Part shown: positions 1-11,508 of the stretch, in pieces
Numbering within the stretch: position 1 is the first letter of the stretch
Layout: every line of letters starts with the position of its first letter
Assembly (NCBI RefSeq): GCF_006345805.1
Contig: NC_043006.1
Span: 58,714,001-58,778,000, forward strand
Length of the DNA: 64,000 nt
Reading direction: 5' to 3'
DNA from: Octopus sinensis
Taxonomy: Eukaryota
The notes under the pieces: model-generated
Database searches by the model: none
What the model saw: the letters and a program-made list of their open reading frames with translations, nothing else
Told to the model about the DNA's origin: nothing
Program-made: the position numbers and the translations under genes

Positions 1-1637
1 TAAATCCGTTATAAGCATTGACGTCAAAAATGGGTAGAAGGAGGAAGTAAAAATAGGTAGGGGACAGTATGTTTGCTGTATGTATGGAGATGTGCAGGTG
101 TGTACTTGTGTTAATGAGTGTGAGTGTTTGTGTGTGTGTATATAACTGCATTTGTGTGTGTGATTGTGTGTGTGAGAGAGAGACATACGTCAAATATACG
201 TAGTAGTAAGGGGAAAATTTGTGTCTGTTTGATTGTGTGTGAGAGAGAGAAAAAAACATACGTCAAAGATATGTAGTAGCAATGGAATATATGAGTAATA
301 GGTAGGGAAGAGGAATTGAACGTTGATTGAAAGAATGTTCGGAGGCATAGGAAAGAATTTCTCTATGGCAGTGGTGTGGACGTGAAACTAATTGTTAAAA
401 CTAAAGTGGCTATCTTTATCATTTATATGAGTGGAAAGTGTGTTTCTGCCAATGTTTACATTTGTACGATTTTTCTGAGTGTGTTTACTAGGGGAACCTT
501 AGCGAAAAGAATATGGAAGAGCTCAGAGTTACAAATGTTACAAAATCTGCCCTTATCAAAAGGAAAGGATACAGACAATATGAACCAATCCAACTTGAAA
601 GTTATATTGTTGTCTTTAAGACTCCAAACTAATTTACTTAGCCCAGTACTATGCCGTTTTTTCCTATCTCTGAATGTCAAATAGTGATTGGAAATTCTCT
701 TGGATAACTGAGAAGTGGTCGCACCTATATAGAAGATATCGGTACCGGAAGAAATTCTACACTGGTAAATGGAATTAATTTTGGAATTACTGGACAAAAA
801 TTTTAATCTGTTAGGGTTTTCCTCCGAGATCGAGACGGAGTTTTTATTGTTATGGTTATTGTTTTTATTATTACTAGCGCTAACAACTACACTATTTCTA
901 TTATTATTATTATTAATTGTACTACAACCAGCAATATCACCGACAATAGTACCGTTATTGTTGTTAGCATCAACACTACCATTGTTATTAACCCGACTAA
1001 TACTATTATTAATATTATCATTGTTAACACTATCGCTGCTACCAATGCTGGTACTATTAATACTATTTCTATTATAATTGTATGATGGGTTGGAATCTGT
1101 AAGATTAGTGTTGGAACTCCTGGGTGAAGAATCTTTGTTTAGCAGCTTGTTATTATGGGAAGAAATAATTTGTGAAAGATTCCTAGTGTTAGAGAATGCA
1201 ATTCTTACCTTATGTGAATTGATAATAGAATGATATCTATAATTACTGGGAAAGTTCCTAGCAACGGCTTCATGGAACTGTAAGGGAAGGTTCGATTGGA
1301 TTTGTTTTCCGAAAGGTATTACAAACCAGATACAGTTTTTTGTGGACTTTGAATTGTTCCTAGTGTTATTTGTGACAGTAAGGGGAAAATTTCTGTGTTG
1401 GAAATTTGGGGTTGGATGGCGCTTACCTCTCCTAGTCCGTAAAGGATTTATCTTATGTACAGGGGTGCTGGCACTATTAGAATTGAAATCATTATTTTTA
1501 TTACGAGTTACTTTACTATCTTGAGAAGCAGATGTTGGTTTAGAATGAGCTGGGTCGATGTATGATATTTTTTCCTTATAACCGGCTCTTGACAAGGCGG
1601 CGTTATAGAATTCTGCTTTTTGGTTAAAGATGTCGAC
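1..1637 (-). mobile_element. Penelope-like element (Naiad-type), 5'-truncated; 3' UTR probably runs off the window start
   Basis: Minus-strand translation gives RT thumb end (DIFNQKAEFYNAALSRAGY), PLE linker (NCIWFVIPF...NFP...KVRIAFSNTRNLSQIISSHNNKLL) and a GIY-YIG endonuclease (SIYQCRI...FYIGAT...KRISNH...TGLSKLVWSLK...W.I...CNIC). The 5' truncation abuts a (TA)n tract at ~1637. Confidence 0.9.
419..1637 (-). pseudogene. PLE RT-thumb/linker/GIY-YIG coding remnant (track ORF 456..1595)
   Basis: 379-aa open frame. A frameshift near 480 moves the terminal C-K-H motif (KSYKCKHWQKHTFHSYK*) into another frame, with the stop at 419-421. The RT catalytic core is absent. Confidence 0.85.
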
Positions 1638-1662
1638 ATATATATATAATTGAAGAAGTTAC

Positions 1663-1795
1663 CATTATTGTTGTCAGCATTTATGTCTGCTTCATGTGAA
1701 ATCAATTTGCTTATTGATCCAAAATGACCTCCACAGATGATGAGAAGCAGAAGTGTCATACTTTCAGAGTTCTTAATTTCTAAATTCATTGAATC
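1663..1795 (-). other. Isolated ankyrin-repeat exon-like unit (copy 1 of 18)
   Basis: Translates EIKNSESMTLLLLIICGGHFGSISKLISHEADINADNNNG, followed by a GT donor (AATAATG|GTAAC). Candidate AG acceptors lie at 1780-1781 (TTTAG|AA) and 1796-1797 (CAAAG|GA). Confidence 0.65.
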
Positions 1796-1823
1796 CTTTG
1801 TGGAGGTAAAAATAGAACATATA

Positions 1824-1864
<41 letters not shown>

Positions 1865-3344
1865 AATTGAGATAGGGGTTGTAAATGCAACCCTCCATGG
1901 GATAACATATATCCAATATACTGCTAGTGAAGTACCCAACAAAGTTAATACATAAATGTTAAGAATTGCGATGCAATTAATTCATTTACTGTATTATATG
2001 GGCAAAGGTAAAATGTTTTACCACAAATTAATAATACAAAATAAGAAAATGGAGAAATACATCTAAATCAATGATCAACTACCAGATAATACCCAATCAC
2101 ATGATTTATTAAACTACTACATATGAACATTAAGGTCAAACATAATAATATAGAACAAAACAGTGTACATGGAGTAATATGATACAATAAATACAGTATG
2201 TATAAGTGAATATAAATAAATACAATATAAATATAAACTACATCTTACAGCTGTTTCGGCCATGCAGATATGGGTGTCTCATTTTGCTGATATTAGCCAT
2301 GTGTGATAGGTCAATATGTAGTTATAAATGAGACACTTAGAAAAATATCCCAAGGCCTCTTCGGAGATTATGAAATACAAACTAAATTAAATATGAATAT
2401 CAGAGGAGGTACACCCATACAAGGGTGGGTACATACCCATAATATATCATATACACATACATATGAGTGCATATACATATATATATACATATATATATCA
2501 ATATACATACATATGTTCCATATTCAATGTTACAGTTTTTCAACTTAATATTATGATATTACAATGTAGAAAACATACACATATTAATATTCAAATGCAG
2601 ATATACAAAGTCAAGAGTACATTATATTAATTTACAAAATGTCATTAATATTAACATCATTACTATTATCATTACCATTATTGCTACTAATATCATTATT
2701 ATTATTATTAATAACACTAATACTAGCAAGACAATATATGCATCACATGGTTAGCAACATAATAGCAAAAACAAGAACAACAATAATACTACAGTACCAG
2801 GCAAAACATTAAAGATCTGCATATACATATAAAATGAAAAATAAAAGTATTTGGTTTACATGATATTAAGTTCCACAAGTGTATAAATGTGCATGCGAGT
2901 GCAGTCTATAATTTTGACTGTGTCACATATACAGTATTACGTTCAGAAATAGTTAAGAATCAAACGCTAAATATGATTGGCCTGTACATTTAAATTTCAA
3001 TTTCAATTGTCTTCGTTACGGTTGGTTTGTTAAGAAACACCCACACACGCACACTTGCAAATGTGTGCCCACACACACATACACAGACAAACCACAACAC
3101 AAGAGATACCAACCCACACACACACACACACACTCACACACACACACGTTTACATACAAATCTACTCACGTATATCCATGAAAATGCATACATGCAAGCA
3201 CACAGTTATCTATACCCAGTTGATGTACATTATTATCATAAGATACATAATTAAAATAACACCGTATATTTCGTAAACAATTTATCTATCGTGCTACTGA
3301 AACTTCCAGATAGTCACAATTTCGACTGTGTTCTCATTCATATA

Positions 3345-3392
<48 letters not shown>

Positions 3393-3403
3393 GAAAAAGT
3401 TAC

Positions 3404-3902
3404 CATTATTGTTTTCAGCATTTATGTTTGCACCATACGAGATAATTTTATGTATTATTCCAAGGTGTGCCGTAGAGATGACTAGAAGGAACAGTGTCAT
3501 ATTTTGAGAGTTCTTGATTTCTAAATTCATTGAATCCTTTGTGGAGGTATATATAATTGAAAAAGTTACCATTATTGTTTTCAGCATTTATGTTTGCACC
3601 ATACGAGATAATTTTATGTATTATTCCAAGGTGTGCCGTAGAGATGACTAGAAGGAATAGTGTCATATTTTGAGAGTTCTTGATTTCTAAATTCATTGAA
3701 TCCTTTGTGGAGCTAAAAATAGAACATATATAATTGAAAAATTTACCATTATTGTTTTCAGCATTCATATTTGCACCGTGTGAAATAATTTTATGTATTA
3801 TTCCAAGGTGAGTCGTAGAGATGACTAGAAACAATAGTGTCATATTTTCAGAGTTCTTGATTTCTAAATTCATTGAATCCTTTGTGGCGGTAAAAATAGA
3901 AC

Positions 3903-3935
<33 letters not shown>

Positions 3936-4105
3936 ATTGAAAATGTTACCATTATTGTTGTCAGCATTCATGTTTGCTCCATGTGAAATGAGTTTATGTA
4001 TTATTCCAAGGTGAGTTGTAGAGATGACTAGAAGCTATAGTGTCATATTTTCAGAGTTCTTGATTTCTAAATTCATTGAATCCTTTGTGGCGGTAAAAAT
4101 AGAAC

Positions 4106-4136
<31 letters not shown>

Positions 4137-4306
4137 ATTGAAAATGTTACCATTATTGTTGTCAGCATTCATGTTTGCTCCATGTGAAATGAGTTTATGT
4201 ATTATTCCAAGGTGAGTTGTAGAGATGACTAGAAGCTATAGTGTCATATTTTCAGAGTTCTTGATTTCTAAATTCATTGAATCCTTTGTGGCGGTAAAAA
4301 TAGAAC

Positions 4307-4337
<31 letters not shown>

Positions 4338-4507
4338 ATTGAAAATGTTACCATTATTGTTGTCAGCATTCATGTTTGCTCCATGTGAAATGAGTTTATG
4401 TATTATTCCAAGGTGAGTTGTAGAGATGACTAGAAGCTATAGTGTCATATTTTCAGAGTTCTTGATTTCTAAATTCATTGAATCCTTTGTGGCGGTAAAA
4501 ATAGAAC

Positions 4508-4538
<31 letters not shown>

Positions 4539-6012
4539 ATTGAAAATGTTACCATTATTGTTGTCAGCATTCATGTTTGCTCCATGTGAAATGAGTTTAT
4601 GTATTATTCCAAGGTGAGTTGTAGAGATGACTAGAAGCTATAGTGTCATATTTTCAGAGTTCTTGATTTCTAAATTCATTGAATCTTTTGTGGAGGCAAA
4701 AATAGAACATATATAATTGAAAAAGTTACCATTATTGTTTTCAGCATTCATGTTTGCACCGTATGTGATAAATTTATGTATCATTCCAAGGTGTGCCGTA
4801 GAGATGACTAGAAGGAACAGTGTCATATTCTGACAGTTCTTGATTTCTAAATTCATTGAATCCTTTGTGGAGGCAAAAATAGAACATATATAATTGAAAA
4901 AGTTACCATTATTGTTTTCAGCATTCATATTTGCACCGTATGTGATAATTTTATGTATCATTCCAAGGTGTGCCGTAGAGATGACTAGAAGGAACAGTGT
5001 CATATTTTGAGAGTTCTTGATTTCTAAATTCATTGAATCCTTTGTGGAGGCAAAAATAGAACATATATAATTGAAAAAGTTACCATTATTGTTTTCAGCA
5101 TTCATATTTGCACCGTATGTGATAATTTTATGTATCATTCCAAGGTGTGCCGTAGAGATGACTAGAAGGAACAGTGTCATATTTTGAGAGTTCTTGATTT
5201 CTAAATTCATTGAATCCTTTGTGGAGGCAAAAATAGAACATATATAATTGAAAAAGTTACCATTATTGTTTTCAGCATTCATGTTTGCACCGTATGTGAT
5301 AATTTTATGTATTATTCCAAGGTGTGCCGTAGAGATGACTAGAAGGAACAGTGTCATATTTTGAGAGTTCTTGATTTCTAAATTCATTGAATCCTTTGTG
5401 GAGGTAAAAATAGAACACACACACACATATATATATAGTTATACATATATATAATTGAAAAAGTTACTATTATTGTTGTCAGCATTTGTCTGCTTCATGT
5501 GAAATCAATTTGCTTATTAATCCAAGATGACCTCCACAGATGCCGAGAAGTGGAAGTGTCATATCTTCAGAGTTCTTAATTTCTAAATTCATTGAATACT
5601 TTGTGGAGGTAAAAATAGAACATATTTATATATATATATGTATGTATATATAATTGAAAAAGTTACCATTATTTTTGTCTGCATTTATGTTTGCTCCATG
5701 TGAAATCAGTTTCTGTAGTATTCCAAAGTAACCACTGGAGATGACTAGAAGCAATAGTATCATATTCTCAGAGTTCTTGATTTCTAAATTCATTGAATCC
5801 TTTGTGGAGGTAAAAATAGAACATATATAATTGAAAAAGTTACCATTATTGTTTTCAGCATTCATGTTTGCACCGTATGTGATAAATTTATGTATCATTC
5901 CAAGGTGTGCCGTAGAGATGACTAGAAGGAACAGTGTCATATTCTGACAGTTCTTGATTTCTAAATTCATTGAATCCTTTGTGGAGGTAAAAATAGAACA
6001 TATTTATATATA

Positions 6013-6073
<61 letters not shown>

Positions 6074-6239
6074 GAAAAAGTTACCAATATTGTTGTCAGC
6101 ATATGTTTGCTCCATGTGAAATCAGTTTACATATTATTCTAAGGTGACCCCTAGAGATGACTAGAAGCAATAGTGTCATATTTTCATAGCTCTTAATTTC
6201 TGAATTAATTGAATCTTTTGTGGAGGTAAAAATAGAACA

Positions 6240-6285
<46 letters not shown>

Positions 6286-6459
6286 TATATAATTGAAAAA
6301 GTTACCATTATTTTTGTCTGCATTTATGTTTGCTCCATGTGAAATCAGTTTCTGTAGTATTCCAAAGTAACTCCCGGAGATGACTAGAAGCAATAGTGTC
6401 ATATTTTCAGAGTTCTTGATTTCTAAATTCATTGAATCCTTTGTGGAGGTAAAAATAGA

Positions 6460-6499
<40 letters not shown>

Positions 6500-6637
6500 G
6501 AAAAAGTTACCATTATTGTTGTCTGCATTTATGTTTGCTACATGTGAAATCAATTTTTGTATTATTCCAAGGTGACCCCTAGAGATGACTAGAAGCGTCA
6601 TAATTTCAGAGTTCTTCATTTCTAAATTCATTGAATC
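3404..6637 (-). repeat. Tandem array of 17 ankyrin-repeat exon-like units (~166-230 bp period, 177 bp in the shortest regular block, spacer length set by (TA)n)
   Basis: Unit low ends (donor side) at 3404, 3570, 3747, 3950, 4151, 4352, 4553, 4730, 4907, 5084, 5261, 5468, 5667, 5844, 6085, 6306, 6511. The peptide MTLLLLVISRGHLGIIQKLISHGANINADNNNG aligns without gaps to the ankyrin consensus xTPLHLAAxxGHLEIVKLLLxxGADVNAxDxxG. Confidence 0.85.
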
Positions 6638-6665
6638 CTTTGTGGAGGTAAAAATAGAACATATG

Positions 6666-6709
<44 letters not shown>

Positions 6710-6984
6710 CATATGTTCTATTTTATATATATATATACAAAATAAGAAAATGTAGAAATACATCCAAATCAAATATCAATTACCAGATAATACCCAATCA
6801 CACTTTATTAAACCACCACATAAGAAACTTTAAGGACAAATATATTAATGTAGAGCAAAACAGTGTACATAAAGGAGTAATGCAATTACTCAAACACAAT
6901 TATATTTACTTTATGTATATTTGAAATGATGGATAGATAACAAGATAACAGACAAGGCAATGCAACCATGGATAATAAATATTT

Positions 6985-7088
6985 TTACAAGCGCAAGTCG
7001 AGAATGCAACTCGCGCAACCTGAACATTCGGTATCAAAAAGTTGGCTCGCGCAAGTCGAATTTCGCACAAGTCGGGGAATCCCTGTAT
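6985..7088 (-). mobile_element. Possible Tigger/pogo-type terminal fragment
   Basis: Minus strand reads TA-CAGGGATTCCCCGACTTGTGCGAAATTCGACTTGCGCGAG, resembling pogo-family subterminal repeats. No partner TIR found. Confidence 0.3.
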
Positions 7089-7669
7089 ATGAGTACTTTT
7101 GGCCAATAGCATCCCTGAATGAATTTTGAAAAAAAGTTCTCTTTTTATTTGCATTAAGCCTATTTTACTTATATTTTCGTATAGGAGACAATTGACTATA
7201 CTTTGAATAATAAAAAAACAAACAAACTCTGGTTTTGATATTTTTGCTTTTATGAAGTTTATATATTTACCACATAAATGTACGTCATTGACATTCTTGT
7301 TTGTTATGTAATAAATACACAACTACTTCATCCTTGTTAGACAGTAGTCTGTGCTTAGCATGAATAGCTTCTAGCTTCTAAAGTACAAGGAAAACTTTTC
7401 TAGCCTATGGCTATCACTTATCTGGCATATTTATATTTTCATATATTAAAGATAGTCAAATATGACATTCATCCCTCAGTAAAAAAAAAAAGGTAGACTT
7501 TCAGTGTTTGCCTTGAGGTTGAAAGCTCGAAGCTAGTTGTTGTCATTTATGAAGTTTCAGGTGTTTTTTTTCTTTTTTTAACTCTTTTACCACTTGTACT
7601 GACTATTTTTCCTCTCTTTTGCAAAAACAAACTTTCACTTAAAAAACACACACAAATATATACATATAC

Positions 7670-7731
<62 letters not shown>

Positions 7732-8228
7732 GTGTGTGTGTGTGTGTGTATATGTATGTATATATATACATATACGTGTGTGTGTATAGATATATCTGTA
7801 TTTATATACACGTGTGTGTGTGTGTTTGTATATATATATATATGTGTGTATACACACACACACATGTATATATACATTCATGATGTACTGCTTTTTATTT
7901 TTTGATTTACTGTTTTTGTCTATATATGTGTGTACAAACATGGTCACACACCTGTGACAGACTGGTGTCCTACCCAGGACACCAGTCTGTCACAGAATTC
8001 AGGAAGCCAGCCTCATGGAAAGGAACTTTGATCCTTTTGTTATACATACATTATATATATATATATACACACACACATATGTATGTATATGTATGTATGT
8101 ATATGTATGTATGTATATATGTTTGTATGTATATATATATATATATATATGTAGATAAGGATAAGATCGTTATTTAAAATACCGATATATCAGGTGGCTA
8201 GCATGGGAATAAAAACCTCATAGATACT

Positions 8229-8312
8229 AATTATAATTCAGGGTATCAAAAAGATACCACCATGCTAGATGTAGCAGCCAAAACTTGACTCTAAAACCAT
8301 ATTAAATGTTCA
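8229..8312. repeat. Left arm of ~83-bp inverted repeat (partner 11681-11764)
   Basis: AATTATAATTCAGGGTATC...GCAGCCAAAACTTGACT...ATTAAATGTTCAT matches the reverse complement of 11681-11764 at about 90% by eye. Confidence 0.8.
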
Positions 8313-8370
8313 TACAGCACCAGAAGAGAAGACAAAGAAACAAAATAAACTAGCAAAAAATTATTGGATA

Positions 8371-8429
8371 ATTCCAGATCCCTGATTTCTGGTTCTGCAA
8401 AAAAAATGTTTTACCCTCATCAGTGGAAT
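8371..8429 (-). ncRNA. Type I hammerhead ribozyme motif (PLE pLTR-type)
   Basis: Minus strand: ATTCCA-CTGATGA-G GGT...ACC A-GAAA-TC AGG GA-TC-TGGAAT. Stem I is a perfect 6 bp, stem II has 3 bp with a G.A at the base, stem III is minimal, cleavage triplet AUC. Confidence 0.7.
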
Positions 8430-8467
8430 ACACACAAAATAACACATAAATACAAATATATATAGAG

Positions 8468-10977
8468 ATTTTTAGAAGTAGAAAGAGCCCACCTCCGAAC
8501 CCATTACTTGAAAACTTTGAAAAGGATCTACTGGACCTTATCGCGAATATAAAATTCAAGGAGTATCCATTGAGATAAAATCCACACCTTAAACATCTTG
8601 AGGATTTCATTAATTCTATTCAGAATAAGCAAGGGATCTTAGTCCCAGCAGACAAAACTGGAAATCTTTACAGATTGGATTATACGTTTTACAGCAGACT
8701 CATTAGAAAGGAACTTAAGGTATAAAATAACAACCAAGAAAAACTTGAGAGAAATCAATCTAGAAATCAAAAAAGTTATGGAAAATTACAATTTGACTGA
8801 CAGAACCATGTGAACCCAGGATCAATCTTAAGGACCATAAAAAAAATTTCTTAGAAAACCCCTCGGTAAGACTCATGTCCAACTAAGTCGGACATTGGCC
8901 GACTTAGCAAATCTATTTTGGACAACATTCTACCCCATATAATTCCTAATCTTCCCTTAAGTCTATGGTTTAATACAGATGAAGTAATAGATTGGTTTAA
9001 ATCTCTAGATAACACTAATAGAATTTCTTTTATCCAATCTGATATTAACAATTATTATTCTAGTATATCCCCCATTCTACTAAATAAATCGCTTATTTTT
9101 GCTATGAATCGCTCTCTTATATCTAGAGAAGAAATTGACATAATCCTATTAGCTAGAAAAACTATCATTGAATTTGAAGGGAAATTATGGACTAGGGCGG
9201 ATACCCCTAATAATTTTGATATACCTATGGGCTCTAGTGACTCAGCTGAGATAACGAATCTAGTAGGGGCATACTTATTAAAATGTATAAATAAGGATAT
9301 CCCGGAGTTACAAGGTGGTCTATATAGGGATAATGCTTTGTTTGTTGTACCTAACAATTGTAAATCAAGTATTGAAAGGATAAAAAAGAAAATTAATAAA
9401 TTCTTTAAAAATTTTAACCTAGGCATTACTTACGAACCTGGCACTAAGATAGTTAATTTCCTAGATGTTACCTTAAACCTTAATTCAAAGCTACATTACC
9501 CATTTAGAAAAGAAGGCGAAATCACTAGATATGTAAATAAGTCATCTAATCATCCCCCAAATATAATAAAATCATTAGTTAAAAATATTTCCCTAAGAAT
9601 TTCTAAATTGTCATCTAATAGTGATATATTTAACTCTCACTCTAACCATTACAATACCGCATTATCCAAAGCGGGATATGATCAAGACATTACCTTTCTC
9701 GATAAGGATAGCTTATATCTCCCGAACAATGAAGTGAATATAAATAACGTAAACAATAATAGCTATCATACCCTACATAAAAATAGATTTATGGAGATGA
9801 AAAATCTAGTGTATAAACCAAATTATAAGAATAAAAATATTGACCAGATCATAAACAAATTTGAAAATACCAATCTAGATAAATCTAATAGACATGAAAA
9901 TAGGAGTAAAAAGAATAATAATTCTCGTGCGAATAGTGATAACGCATCTCCCTCCAACTCATACTTAAAAAATATCATTTGGCTAAATATTCCCTTTAAT
10001 TGTGCGATCTTGACGAATGTGTACAGTAGATTTAAATCTACTAGAAAAAAACTTCCCAGCCTCCCATAAAATAATTTCTAAGAGATCAGTAAGGATTTCA
10101 TATTCAACCCTCGCAAACATGGCTACCATAATAGCTAGGCTTAATAGTAAAAACATTAAGTTAGCCAGGAGTAGAATGAATAGTAACAACAAGGATAGTA
10201 ATAGTAATTGTAATAATAGCATCAACAATAGAAATAATAATAATAATAATAATATTAATAAAAATAGTAATAATGGTAATAATAGGGATAATAAAAATAC
10301 TAAAAATGATGATAGCAATAATAATAATAACAATAATAACAATATTGATATAAATATAAATAATGATAATAGCAATACCAGTAATGTAGATAGTATAGGT
10401 AGATGGGAATGATGGTGAAAATGGATTAATAAATAGTAACCCTATTTTGGATATCAATATGACCACTAAAAATGAAAATAATACTAATAATATTTTAAAT
10501 AACAGTAATGTGAGAGAACTACCCTTAAATAATTCCAAATCTGAATATTATCCCCCCAGTTGTAATTGTAGGATTAGATCAAATTGTCTGGTATCTGGTC
10601 GTTGTTTGGTCCAAAACGTAGTTTATAAATGCACTATAACTTCTAATGATAGCTTTTTTTATCTTGGGTGTTCTGTGGATTTTAAACGACGTCTTAACAA
10701 CCATTTCTCCTCTTTTCGATTAAAACACAAGGCAGGTTGCACTACACTATCTAGCAAAATTTGGGAACTTAAAACAAATAATATAGGATGCAACCTAAAA
10801 TGGGATATAGTTAGAAGGGCAAAACCTTATAGAAATAGTAGAGTAGGCTGTCAACTCTGTTCTATGGAAACCTATGAAATTTTAAAGTATCGAAGTAACA
10901 AAAATCTACTGAATAATCGTCTAGAGTTAGGATCTTGCATACATTCCACAACTAGAACATTTAAATACTTTAAATAG
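8468..10977 (+). pseudogene. PLE reverse transcriptase-GIY-YIG endonuclease polyprotein (track ORFs 8918..10069, 10017..10412, 10447..10977 are pieces)
   Basis: The pieces join by frameshifts into one RT-linker-EN protein. The catalytic YRDD is YRDN in this copy, and there are TAA stops in the N-terminal part. Confidence 0.9.
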
Positions 10978-11416
10978 AAATTTAAGTTTTCCTACATTTT
11001 CAAACTCTAACTTTTTAATATAATAATAATGAGATATACTACACTAACCTTTAATTTACTTTCATAGTCGACTAGAATAACTTCACTGTAATCTTGAATT
11101 TGGTTCTTTCCCCAAATCTATTCTAATTTTAAAATTTAATACTATTCCCCCAGTTATAAAATATGATACCTACTATAAATTAGATGATAGGTTTGTTTCC
11201 CTTATCCTTTGTAAAAGAATTTAATTGACCTCTCGACATTGACCTAGATTTTTTTCTCACCACATAAAAAAACTGGCTTTTTGTTCTAGTGACAACCTGA
11301 ATTCCCTTTATGTATTCTAAATTCTTCCTTTTTTCTGCAACTAACTTAAATCCCTTTCTTCCCTAAGATGTTATTAATTGATTTGAAAACTTTTATATTA
11401 TTGGAAAACCTATATA

Positions 11417-11508
11417 AAATTAGCTGAAGATTACTCAGCATCTTAAATCTGCTGTAATATTTACAGATTTTAATAAAATGTTGTAGTATGAAACAATTGT
11501 ACTAAATT
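11417..11508 (+). ncRNA. Type I hammerhead ribozyme in the PLE 3' pLTR
   Basis: AAATTAG-CTGAAGA(11424-11430)-long stem II-GAAA(11490-11493)-CAATTG-TA-CTAAATT. Triplet GUA with predicted cleavage after 11501; palindromic stem III. Confidence 0.8.

Noticed and set aside
376-1524. Plus-strand ORFs overlapping the first PLE (and minus-strand ORFs over 8350-10538)
   Set aside because: Antisense shadows of PLE coding sequence and its AAT-rich inserts.
3404-6637. CRISPR-like appearance of the repeat array
   Set aside because: Eukaryotic context, units of 130+ bp, spacers are homologous (TA)n tracts rather than unique sequences, and no cas genes.
6906-7322. 138-aa minus-strand ORF
   Set aside because: Spans a probable transposon terminal fragment and AT-rich DNA; no recognisable domain.
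8790-10977. Selenocysteine (UGA) recoding as reported for some Naiads
   Set aside because: Endonuclease cysteines are encoded by TGT/TGC. The TGAs at ~8809 and ~10410 lie at frameshift points, and the copy also has TAA stops.
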